From contig JAFSHN010000027.1 in the NCBI GenBank assembly GCA_017440275.1, positions 2,618 through 66,617 of the forward strand: DNA of 64,000 nucleotides, given 5' to 3'. This document shows, piece by piece, positions 56,428 through 64,000 of the stretch. The stretch comes from Bacillota bacterium. GTDB lineage: Bacteria; Bacillota; Clostridia; Peptostreptococcales; Anaerovoracaceae. A program made the translations under genes and the position numbers. Numbering within the stretch: position 1 is the first letter of the stretch; every line of letters begins with the position of its first letter. The notes below the pieces were generated by a model. That model did not search any database and was not told the DNA's origin. It saw only the letters and a program-made list of their open reading frames with translations.

Positions 56428-57099
56428 CTAATCTTCCTTGAGTACATAGCCGGTGCCGCGAACTGTATGAATCAATTTAACATCGTAGTCATCATCAATT
56501 TTCTTGCGCAAGTATCTTATGTACACATCAACTGCGTTGGTGCCTCCCGCGTAGTCGTAATTCCAAAGGTTGTTCTCTATTTTTTCTCGGGAGAGAACGA
56601 TGCCTTTATTACGCATCAAGTATTCGAGCAAAGCAAATTCTTTAGCTGAAAGAGAGATTTCTTTGCCGGCTCTGTGAACTCGGTGAGAAGAGAGGTCCAT
56701 AACCAGATCGCCGACAGAAAAAAGACTTGATACCTGCTTTGAAGTTTTTCGCGTGATAACGCGGATTCTTGCAAGAAGCTCTTCGAATGCAAATGGTTTA
56801 ACAAGATAGTCGTTTGCCCCCATATCGAGCCCGGTAACTTTGTCTTCTACCGTGTCTTTGGCCGTGAGGAACAGCACCGGGGTCATATCACCTTCGGCAC
56901 GCATTTCTTTAAGCGTGGTAAGGCCGTCCTTCTTTGGCATCATTATATCCATAACGATACAATCATAAACAGCCGTGTCTATGTAATCAAACACGGCTTC
57001 GCCATCAAAGCAGCTATCGACGGAAAACCCTTCTGCCGTCAGACGCTTAGTAATTATTTTATTCAGATCTTTCTGGTCTTCAACTACTAAGATACGCAT
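56428..57099 (-). CDS. OmpR-family response regulator
   Basis: Receiver (ILVVEDQ, DCIVMDIMMPKKDG, TAKD) plus a winged-helix C-terminus (VDVYIRYLRKKI, RGTGYVL). Confidence 0.9.
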   Translation of the reverse strand: MRILVVEDQKDLNKIITKRLTAEGFSVDSCFDGEAVFDYIDTAVYDCIVMDIMMPKKDGLTTLKEMRAEGDMTPVLFLTAKDTVEDKVTGLDMGANDYLVKPFAFEELLARIRVITRKTSKQVSSLFSVGDLVMDLSSHRVHRAGKEISLSAKEFALLEYLMRNKGIVLSREKIENNLWNYDYAGGTNAVDVYIRYLRKKIDDDYDVKLIHTVRGTGYVLKED

Positions 57100-57119
57100 A
57101 GGAGACCTCCTTTATGAAA

Positions 57120-57422
57120 TTACAGGAGCGCCAGGATGTCCTCTTTTGAGATTAAACCTACAGACTTATTGGCAACTTCACCATCTTTAAAAACTATAAG
57201 AGTAGGGATGCTCATTACACCAAAGCGGATTGCCAGTTCCGGCTCTTCATCGATGTTGATTTTGCAAACCTTTACGTCTGCACGTTCTTCGGCAATTGCA
57301 TCTACAGCCGGAGAAAGCATTTTGCAAGGCATACACCATGCTGCCCAAAAGTCAACCAGCACTGTTTCCTTTGCTTCTTCTATTTCTTTATTAAAAGTAT
57401 CTTTAGTTACATTTGTAATCAT
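57120..57422 (-). CDS. thioredoxin with a WCMPC active site
   Basis: 100 aa. VDFWAAWCMPCKMLSP and SIPTLIVFKDG. The canonical motif is WCGPC. Confidence 0.85.
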   Translation of the reverse strand: MITNVTKDTFNKEIEEAKETVLVDFWAAWCMPCKMLSPAVDAIAEERADVKVCKINIDEEPELAIRFGVMSIPTLIVFKDGEVANKSVGLISKEDILALL

Positions 57423-57507
57423 CTTGTTATGTCCTCCAAAACTGTTAATTTATGTATATATTATACCCTAAAATATTTACATTAAAATAGTATTAAAAGT
57501 GAAATTA

Positions 57508-57516
57508 TGTTATAAT
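57508..57516 (+). promoter_or_regulatory. extended -10 element upstream of the RND gene
   Basis: TGtTATAAT (57508-57516). The -35 position (TAGTAT) is poor. Confidence 0.35.
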
Positions 57517-57545
57517 ATTTTTCATCCTAAATAGGGGGAATGAAG

Positions 57546-60500
57546 ATGCCAAAATACAGTGTAAAAAAACCTATGACAGTATTCGTCGTAGTAGTAATGA
57601 TAATAGCTTTAGGCGTTGTTTCGCTTCTGGGGATGACTCCCGATCTTTTGCCTAGCATAGACCTTCCTTATGTGGTGGTTATGACTACATATCCGGGGGC
57701 GACTCCTGAAGAGGTGGAAGCAACGGTGACAAAGCCCCTTGAACAGGGACTGTCTACAACAGAAAATCTAAAAAATGTTCAGTCCATGTCGGGAGCAAAC
57801 TACTCCCTTGTCATATTGGAGTTTGAAAACGGAACGAATATGGACAGTGCTGTGGTTAACATACTTCAGAGTGTCGATTTGGTTGAAGGCGCCTGGGGAG
57901 ATTTAATTGGTTCCCCTTACATAATGAAGCTGAATCCGAATATGATGCCTATCAGAATTGCAGCCGTAGACAGAGAAGGATATGACGTTGAGAAACTTTC
58001 TGCATTTGTTAAGGATACTTTGATAAATGAACTCGAAGGGACTAACGGTGTGGCGAGTATTGGAACCGGTGGTCTCATTGAATCAAAGATAAACGTAACA
58101 ATCAATCAGGATAAGCTTGAAAAACTTAATGTGAAGCTGCTCAAGAAGGTTAATGGCCAGCTCGCAGATGCAAAGGCGCAGCTTAATGCAGGAATGGACC
58201 AGATTAAGATTGCAGAAGGACAGCTCGCCGATGCAAAAGTCCAGCTGGATGCTACTAAGGCTCAGACTTATGACGAATTGGCAACTATCAGCGCAGAACT
58301 TGATGCTGCAATGGCACAGGCGGGGTCTATCGCAGCTCAGATTACAGTGGTCAGAGGTATAGTGGATTCTCTTGAAGCACAGCTTGAGCAAGCACCGATG
58401 GACAGTAATCTGAAGAAACAGCTTCAGGATGCTATGGCAGAACTACAAGCACTGCTTAAACAATCTGATCAGATAAATGCACAGATAGCACAGCTGAAAG
58501 AAGCATATAAGCAAGCCGAGTTGGGTAAACTGCAGGCTGTTGAAGGCTTTGATAAGGCCTACGGCGAACTTGAAGGAGCTCAGGCCCAACTTCTGAGCCA
58601 AAAGAGTCAATTAAAGAGTGCCATTGCACAGGTTAACTCTGCAGGCAATTCAGCTCTTGCCAAAGCAAACCTGGGTTCTATGCTCACAATTGAAATGGTT
58701 TCCGGCATTCTGCAGGGACAGAATTTCTCTATGCCGGCGGGTTACATTCAGGAAAATGGTGCAAGATATCTGATTTCCGTTGGTAATGAATATACTTCTC
58801 CTGACGAAATACAAGGGCAGTTCTTGTTCAATGTGGCAGGACTGGGGGATATCAAAATCGGTGATGTATGCGATGTGTTTGTTGCAGACAACAGCGATAC
58901 AGTTTATGCAAGCATAAACGGAAATCCGGGAGTTGTCCTTAACTTCTCCAAGCAGTCCAACTATGCGACAGCTGAAGTATCCGAGAATATCAGTAAAAGA
59001 TTTGAAGAATTAAAAGTAGAATATGAAGGTCTTGAATTCACAACTCTGATGGACCAGGGTGATTACATCCACCTGATAATCGGTGCCATCGGCGAAAGTT
59101 TGGGCTGGGGTGCTGTATTTGCAGCAATAATACTGTTCATATTCCTTAAAGATATTAAACCTACAATTATAACATTATTGAGTATTCCTATAAGTATCCT
59201 GTTTGCACTTACTCTTATGTATTTCTCTGGAGTGACGCTGAATATGCTGTCTCTGTCAGGACTTGCAGTAGCTGTAGGTATGCTGGTAGATAACTCAATC
59301 GTAGTAATAGAAAACATTTTCAGACTGCGCAGAATGGGTGTACCTGTTAAGAAGGCAGCTGTTGCGGGGGCAAAGCAGGTTTCCGGAGCAATTGCATCAT
59401 CAACTCTTACAACAGTATGCGTGTTTGTACCAATTGTATTTGTCCAAGGGCTTACAAGACAGCTCTTTACAGATATGGCGCTGACTATCGGATATGCACT
59501 TGTTGCAAGTCTGATTATTGCCCTCACTTTGGTGCCTGCTATGGCATCAAAGATGTTCAAAAAGGAAATGAAGCCGGAAGGCAAAAATTACGGCTCCATG
59601 AGAAAGATATATGTAAAGCTTCTATCATGGAATCTGAAGCATAAAGTGCTTGTTCTGACTTTAGCAGTGGTGCTCCTGGTATTCAGTGTAGTAGCATCCG
59701 TTTCAAAAGGGTTCATATTTATTCCGGATATGTCCACTCCACAGCTTTCAGGTACTATGTATATGCTTGATGAAGACGCAAAACTGGAAGATACAAAGAA
59801 AATGGCTGACCAGGTGCTTGCCAAGATTCAAAGTGTAGACGGAGTTGCAACAGCCGGAGGAATGCTTTCAACAGGCAATGCACTGACAGGTGAGACTTCG
59901 GCCTCCAGCGTAAGTCTTTATGTAATAGTCGATGAAGAAACAGATAAGAGCGGCAAGGAAATCTGCGATGAAATAACAGAATTGTGCAAGGACCTCGACT
60001 GTGATGTGCAGATGCTCAGCGCATCTTCTATTTCTTCCTATACCTCAGCTCTCGGGGGTTCAGGTGTAGGCATAGAAATATACGGTAATGACATAGATAG
60101 CTTGCAGAAAGCGGCTAAAGAAATGGGTGACATCCTTGCCAAGGTAGATGGAATCAAGGAAGTAGACAATGGTCTGCAGGAAACAGAGCCTGAATATCAC
60201 TTTAATGTGGATAAACAAAAGGCAATGCGCTACGGTCTCACAGTAGCACAGATCTATATGCAAATTGCTGATATACTTACGACAGAAACAACTGCAACTA
60301 CGTTGCTATGGGAAGGCGACAAATATGATGTTGTCGTTTCTGATTCAGGGGCAGGAGATATTACTATAGGAACTCTTAAAAACCTTCAGCTTCAGGGAAC
60401 AGACGCTTCCGGCAATGCCGTTACAGTTAAACTTTCTGAAGTTGCAGCCCTTGAAGAAACAGAAACGCTTCCTTCAATCAACCGTATAAATCAGAGAACT

Positions 60501-61187
60501 TACCTTAGCATAAGCGGGGAAGTTGAGGAAGGCTCAAACGTTACCCTCGTTACTCAGGACGCAGAAAAAGCCTTCAAGGATTACGAACCTCCTGCAGGTG
60601 TAACCTTTGAATTTGCCGGCGAAAATGAAATGATTATGGAAGCTATGTGGGATTTACTTAAGATGATGGCCCTCGGCATCCTCTTCGTATATCTTATTAT
60701 GGTAGCTCAGTTCCAGTCACTGCTTTCGCCATTTATAGTAATGTTTACAATACCTCTTGCCTTTACCGGCGGCCTTCTGGCACTGCTCATATTCGGCAAG
60801 GAAATCAGTATCATCGCTATGATTGGCTTGATTATGCTGGTGGGAATCATTGTAAACAACGGTATCGTACTTGTTGACTACATCAACCAGCTGAGAGCCC
60901 AGGGTCTCGAAAAACGCAGAGCGATTATCGAAGGTGGAGCAACCCGTATCAGACCTGTTTTGATGACCAGCTTGACAACTATTTTAGGCCTTATAGTAAT
61001 GGCTATCGGCAAAACTGCGGGAACAGATATGATGCAGCCAATTGCCCTTGTATGTATCGGCGGTCTGGTATATGCAACAATACTGACACTTTTCGTAGTA
61101 CCGATAATCTACGATATCTTCACAGGTAAAGAATACAAATTTACTAAGGAAGAAGACATAGATATAAGTGATTTGGTAGTTGAATAA
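57546..61187 (+). CDS. RND family efflux permease with a large coiled-coil insertion
   Basis: AcrB/SwrC-type 12-TM architecture (PYVVVMTTYPGATPEEVE, GLAVAVGMLVDNSIVVIENI, GIIVNNGIVLVDY). ATG 57546 lies 6 nt after AGGGGGA. An A/Q/L-rich block of about 180 aa lies at 58134-58673. Confidence 0.85.
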   Translation: MPKYSVKKPMTVFVVVVMIIALGVVSLLGMTPDLLPSIDLPYVVVMTTYPGATPEEVEATVTKPLEQGLSTTENLKNVQSMSGANYSLVILEFENGTNMDSAVVNILQSVDLVEGAWGDLIGSPYIMKLNPNMMPIRIAAVDREGYDVEKLSAFVKDTLINELEGTNGVASIGTGGLIESKINVTINQDKLEKLNVKLLKKVNGQLADAKAQLNAGMDQIKIAEGQLADAKVQLDATKAQTYDELATISAELDAAMAQAGSIAAQITVVRGIVDSLEAQLEQAPMDSNLKKQLQDAMAELQALLKQSDQINAQIAQLKEAYKQAELGKLQAVEGFDKAYGELEGAQAQLLSQKSQLKSAIAQVNSAGNSALAKANLGSMLTIEMVSGILQGQNFSMPAGYIQENGARYLISVGNEYTSPDEIQGQFLFNVAGLGDIKIGDVCDVFVADNSDTVYASINGNPGVVLNFSKQSNYATAEVSENISKRFEELKVEYEGLEFTTLMDQGDYIHLIIGAIGESLGWGAVFAAIILFIFLKDIKPTIITLLSIPISILFALTLMYFSGVTLNMLSLSGLAVAVGMLVDNSIVVIENIFRLRRMGVPVKKAAVAGAKQVSGAIASSTLTTVCVFVPIVFVQGLTRQLFTDMALTIGYALVASLIIALTLVPAMASKMFKKEMKPEGKNYGSMRKIYVKLLSWNLKHKVLVLTLAVVLLVFSVVASVSKGFIFIPDMSTPQLSGTMYMLDEDAKLEDTKKMADQVLAKIQSVDGVATAGGMLSTGNALTGETSASSVSLYVIVDEETDKSGKEICDEITELCKDLDCDVQMLSASSISSYTSALGGSGVGIEIYGNDIDSLQKAAKEMGDILAKVDGIKEVDNGLQETEPEYHFNVDKQKAMRYGLTVAQIYMQIADILTTETTATTLLWEGDKYDVVVSDSGAGDITIGTLKNLQLQGTDASGNAVTVKLSEVAALEETETLPSINRINQRTYLSISGEVEEGSNVTLVTQDAEKAFKDYEPPAGVTFEFAGENEMIMEAMWDLLKMMALGILFVYLIMVAQFQSLLSPFIVMFTIPLAFTGGLLALLIFGKEISIIAMIGLIMLVGIIVNNGIVLVDYINQLRAQGLEKRRAIIEGGATRIRPVLMTSLTTILGLIVMAIGKTAGTDMMQPIALVCIGGLVYATILTLFVVPIIYDIFTGKEYKFTKEEDIDISDLVVE

Positions 61188-61195
61188 TATGAACA

Positions 61196-61226
61196 AAAGA
61201 CTCGGATTTTGGTCCGGGTCTTTTTA
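61196..61226 (+). terminator. rho-independent terminator after the RND gene
   Basis: AAAGACTCGGA pairs with TCCGGGTCTTT (one G-U) and is followed by a T-run. Confidence 0.7.
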
Positions 61227-61293
61227 GTGAAAACGATAAAAGACTTGTAATTTACATTTAAAAACCTTTATTAAACACTTCGTTAAAAAACCG

Positions 61294-61322
61294 TTGAACC
61301 CTTGAAATGACAAGGGTATACT
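61294..61322 (+). promoter_or_regulatory. sigma-A promoter of the Uma2 gene
   Basis: TTGAAC (61294-61299), a 17-nt spacer, then TATACT (61317-61322). The spacer contains the palindrome CCCTTG aaatga CAAGGG. Confidence 0.45.
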
Positions 61323-61348
61323 GTCGAAAAAAAGGAGGTTTTTAGATT

Positions 61349-61969
61349 ATGAATTACAATTTTGACGAAACAGAAAAAGCTTCGAGAGCATATGAAACGG
61401 CTTTCAAGTACACCGGCAAGAAACAGAGAGAGTATACTATAGATGACTATTACAAGTTGCCGGAAGATATGCGCTTTGAACTAATCGACGGAGTATTGTT
61501 CTATGTCAGCGCTCCGTCCACTATCCATCAGGGAATCGTAGGAGAGATATTTTTCGAAATAAAAGACTACATACGAAAAAACAAGGGTGGCTGTGTTGCT
61601 TTTGGAAATCCTGTGGATGTTCATTTATTGCAGGACAACAGAACTATGATACAACCCGACATCTTTGTGGTCTGCGACAGAGATAAGATTATAGATATAA
61701 GGGTGGAAGGTGCACCGGATTTTGCAGTTGAAGTGCTGTCGCCTTCATCGAGAAAAAAAGATTCTGTTATAAAATTTCAAAAATACAAAGAAGCAGGGGT
61801 AAGGGAACTGTGGCTGGTGGATCCGATGAAAGAAATAGTGCTTGTGTATGACTCGACAAAGGGTGAAGAATTCAGCATATATTCTTTCAGAGATAAGATT
61901 CCCGTAGGAATATTCGATGGTGATTTGATTATTGATATGGCAGCCATCAGTGAATATATTGATTTTTAA
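61349..61969 (+). CDS. Uma2 family (DUF820) PD-(D/E)xK endonuclease
   Basis: FELIDGVL, QPDIFVVC, APDFAVEVLSPSS, K...YKEAGVRELWLVDP match the Uma2 pattern. Confidence 0.8.
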   Translation: MNYNFDETEKASRAYETAFKYTGKKQREYTIDDYYKLPEDMRFELIDGVLFYVSAPSTIHQGIVGEIFFEIKDYIRKNKGGCVAFGNPVDVHLLQDNRTMIQPDIFVVCDRDKIIDIRVEGAPDFAVEVLSPSSRKKDSVIKFQKYKEAGVRELWLVDPMKEIVLVYDSTKGEEFSIYSFRDKIPVGIFDGDLIIDMAAISEYIDF

Positions 61970-61973
61970 TAAA

Positions 61974-62003
61974 AAAGCTGTGCATTTTGAGCTGCACAGC
62001 TTT
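61974..62003. terminator. bidirectional terminator between Uma2 (+) and rnhA (-)
   Basis: AAAGCTGTGCA pairs with TGCACAGCTTT, flanked by an A-run and a T-run. Confidence 0.8.
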
Positions 62004-62006
62004 AGT

Positions 62007-62552
62007 CTACTCGCGTACCTGGTCTATACCTTTATTGGCCAATTCGTCGGCCTTGTTGTTCATAGTTGTGATATATTTAAAATCTTCAAAAGAAAAGGCA
62101 CTGCCGTTCCACTGAACGAACTTTTCGTAGAGTTTGTCAAAGTCGGTGACTTTGCTGTTCAGGTTTACGTGACCTTTAACTCTGAAAAACCTTACGTTGT
62201 GTTTTCTGACGAGAGCAAGGAGCTCTTTCCAGAGGTCCTGATTTTCTACGGATTTTCGGGCCGCGTTGCGCCAGTTGTTCTTTTCCCAGGATTCGTACCA
62301 TTTTTCACGGAAACAGTTGGCAACATACGAACTGTCTGAAAATACTTCTATATCGAGACCATCTCTTTTTAGTGCTTTGAATCCTGCTATAACTGCAGTG
62401 AGTTCCATACGGTTGTTGGTGGTGTTTGCCTGTCCTCCGAAAAGCTCCTTTTGATGCTCACCCATTTCAAGGACACATCCCCATCCGCCGAAGTTTTCTT
62501 CCTGTTGATTGCCGGAGCAGCCCCCGTCCGTGTACATTCTGATTATGCTCAT
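62007..62552 (-). CDS. rnhA: ribonuclease HI
   Basis: RNase H type 1 motifs (MYTDGGCSGN, TNNRMELTA, VFSDSSYV, NNKADELA). Confidence 0.85.
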   Translation of the reverse strand: MSIIRMYTDGGCSGNQQEENFGGWGCVLEMGEHQKELFGGQANTTNNRMELTAVIAGFKALKRDGLDIEVFSDSSYVANCFREKWYESWEKNNWRNAARKSVENQDLWKELLALVRKHNVRFFRVKGHVNLNSKVTDFDKLYEKFVQWNGSAFSFEDFKYITTMNNKADELANKGIDQVRE

Positions 62553-62669
62553 AATTCGTCTCCTTAATTTACCTTTTAATATTATGGCCCATTTTAACAG
62601 ATTTTACAACGCGAAATTTGTCCGTTTGTGGTATAATCGTTATGTGAAATTGAAAATATGGGGAGAAAG

Positions 62670-63476
62670 ATGAATTTAGGATTTTGTTCTTTATCAAGCA
62701 GCAGCTCGGGAAACTGCTATTTAATTAAAAGCGAAACTACAAACCTGCTCGTTGATGTGGGTATCAGCGGAGCGAAGATATATAAGAATCTCGCGAATTA
62801 CGGGATAGAACCGTCAGATATAAGTCACGTATTGCTGACTCATGAGCATGTGGACCATGTGAAGAGCGTGAGCCCCGTGGCCAAGAAATCTCCGGGAGCT
62901 GTTTTCTGCTGTTCGGGAGGAACGCTGGAAGGATTAGGAGAAAAAGGGCAGATAATCGCCGGACGTTACTGTATGGCTGTGCCGGGAGAGATGTTTATGG
63001 CTGGAGATATTGAAGTTACACCTTTCAGAATCTCACATGATGCAGCAGAGCCGGTAGCTTATACTTTTCAGAGGGAAGGTAAGAAGATTGCTATTGTTAC
63101 CGATACGGGTGTTGTTACAGAAGAAATTCTGGAAGCGATCAAGGGCAGCGACCTTTTGGTGATGGAGTCCAATCACGAGGTAAACATTCTGCTTTACGGC
63201 AGTTATCCCTACAATATTAAACGCAGAATCTTAAGTGACGTGGGTCACCTTTCCAATGAGGCTGCCGGAAACTGCATTCTGGGATTTCTCAAAGATTTAG
63301 ACCGCTGCAAGGTGCCGAAGGTGCTGCTGGCTCACTTGAGTCAGGAGAACAATACGCCGCAGCAGGCATACATAACCGTTAAAAACATTCTGGAAGAAGA
63401 GGACTTCTACGTGGGCAAGGATTTGTCCCTGGGTGTAGTTCTCAAAGATCAGCTTTCGGAGCTGATTTACATATAA
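62670..63476 (+). CDS. MBL-fold metallo-hydrolase (YycJ/WalJ-like)
   Basis: HxHxDH motif (LLTHEHVDHV) and a C-terminal HLS. Start moved to ATG 62670, behind GGGGAGA. Precedes rlmH as in Bacillus. Confidence 0.8.
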   Translation: MNLGFCSLSSSSSGNCYLIKSETTNLLVDVGISGAKIYKNLANYGIEPSDISHVLLTHEHVDHVKSVSPVAKKSPGAVFCCSGGTLEGLGEKGQIIAGRYCMAVPGEMFMAGDIEVTPFRISHDAAEPVAYTFQREGKKIAIVTDTGVVTEEILEAIKGSDLLVMESNHEVNILLYGSYPYNIKRRILSDVGHLSNEAAGNCILGFLKDLDRCKVPKVLLAHLSQENNTPQQAYITVKNILEEEDFYVGKDLSLGVVLKDQLSELIYI

Positions 63477-63485
63477 GGAGGGCTT

Positions 63486-63965
63486 ATGAGAATCAGAGTG
63501 GTTTGCGTAGGCAAATTAAAGGAAAGATACTGGACAGACGCTGTTGATGAATACGCTAAGCGTCTTTCTAAATACTGCGATATAGAAATTAAGGAGCTGA
63601 AAGAAACTCGTTTGCCGGACAAAGCATCGCAGGCAGATGAACAAAAGGTAATCTATGAAGAGGGCCAAACAATACTTAACAATATCAAGGACAACACTTA
63701 TGTGATTACTCTGGAAATCAAAGGCAAGCAACTCTCCAGTGAAGAACTGGCTGATAAAATGCGAGATCTTCCTCTTGAAGGCCGCAGCGATATTACCTTC
63801 GTAATCGGCGGAAGCCTGGGACTAAGCAAAGAAGTGAGCCAGCGCTCCGACTTCAAACTGTCCTTCTCCAAGATGACATTCCCTCATCAGATGATGAGAG
63901 TGGTGTTGCTGGAACAGGTTTACAGGGCGTTTAAGATTAATAAGAATGAGGCGTATCATAAATAG
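63486..63965 (+). CDS. rlmH: 23S rRNA (pseudouridine1915-N3)-methyltransferase
   Basis: 159-aa SPOUT protein with FVIGGSLGLS and the C-terminal FPHQMMRVVLLEQVYRAF. Confidence 0.9.
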   Translation: MRIRVVCVGKLKERYWTDAVDEYAKRLSKYCDIEIKELKETRLPDKASQADEQKVIYEEGQTILNNIKDNTYVITLEIKGKQLSSEELADKMRDLPLEGRSDITFVIGGSLGLSKEVSQRSDFKLSFSKMTFPHQMMRVVLLEQVYRAFKINKNEAYHK

Positions 63966-63975
63966 GAGGTGTACT

Positions 63976-64000
63976 ATGAAAAAGAAACCTTATACTAAAT
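63976..64000 (+). CDS. start of an unidentified CDS running off the window
   Basis: ATG 63976 lies 6 nt after AGGAGG. Only 8 codons (MKKKPYTK) are visible. Confidence 0.35.

Overview
This window is the replication-origin neighbourhood of a low-GC, endospore-forming Firmicute, with gene content typical of Clostridia or Lachnospiraceae. oriC lies at about 26.0-27.7 kb. It has three perfect DnaA boxes between dnaA and rpmH. Between dnaA and dnaN it has a Bacillus-type unwinding module: DnaA boxes, a GC clamp, six DnaA-trios and an AT tract. Leftward on the minus strand run dnaA-dnaN-recF, gyrB-gyrA, an RsbW-like/SigB-like pair with no RsbV gene that is translationally coupled to trpS, an esterase, an arsC remnant, a GNAT/YoaP gene and a small membrane protein. 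Further left, 1-14.2 kb is entirely plus-strand and therefore head-on to the leftward fork. It carries a LysM protein, spoIIR, a citrate synthase (Re-type family)-GntR-aconitase-isocitrate dehydrogenase cluster, and metF, a split metH, two membrane proteins and an M20 hydrolase. Rightward on the plus strand is the classical set: rpmH-rnpA-yidD-yidC-jag-mnmE-mnmG-rsmG-noc-soj-spo0J, then DUF1294, SprT-like, GdpP-like, rplI, the replicative helicase, DUF1858, a DnaD-like protein and an M23/LysM peptidase. These are followed by yabP-yabQ-divIC-rnmV-rsmA, an LtaS-family enzyme, a GNAT, a class V aminotransferase, cls, tRNA-Arg(CCU), a butyryl-CoA:acetate CoA-transferase-family gene, a thioredoxin-RR-HK-PepSY operon (minus strand), a 1215-aa RND permease, a Uma2 nuclease, rnhA, an MBL hydrolase and rlmH. 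I saw no defence island, prophage, CRISPR array or transposase. The observations most worth a second look are: (1) the dnaA-dnaN-recF-oriC block is much more AT-rich than both flanks; (2) two long intergenic regions are filled with short inverted-motif hairpin arrays (GTTGGG/CCCAAC at 1.7-2.0 kb, ATGGAAYT/ARTTCCAT at 14.27-14.52 kb); (3) the orphan anti-sigma/sigma pair sits between gyrA and trpS; (4) a DnaD-like protein carries a loader-like zinc-ribbon tail with no AAA+ domain downstream; (5) the RND pump has a coiled-coil insertion of about 180 aa; (6) the tRNA-Arg 3' end is tandemly duplicated; (7) a perfect parS palindrome also forms the noc terminator stem. All calls come from reading the sequence and ORF translations by eye. 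No database search was run.
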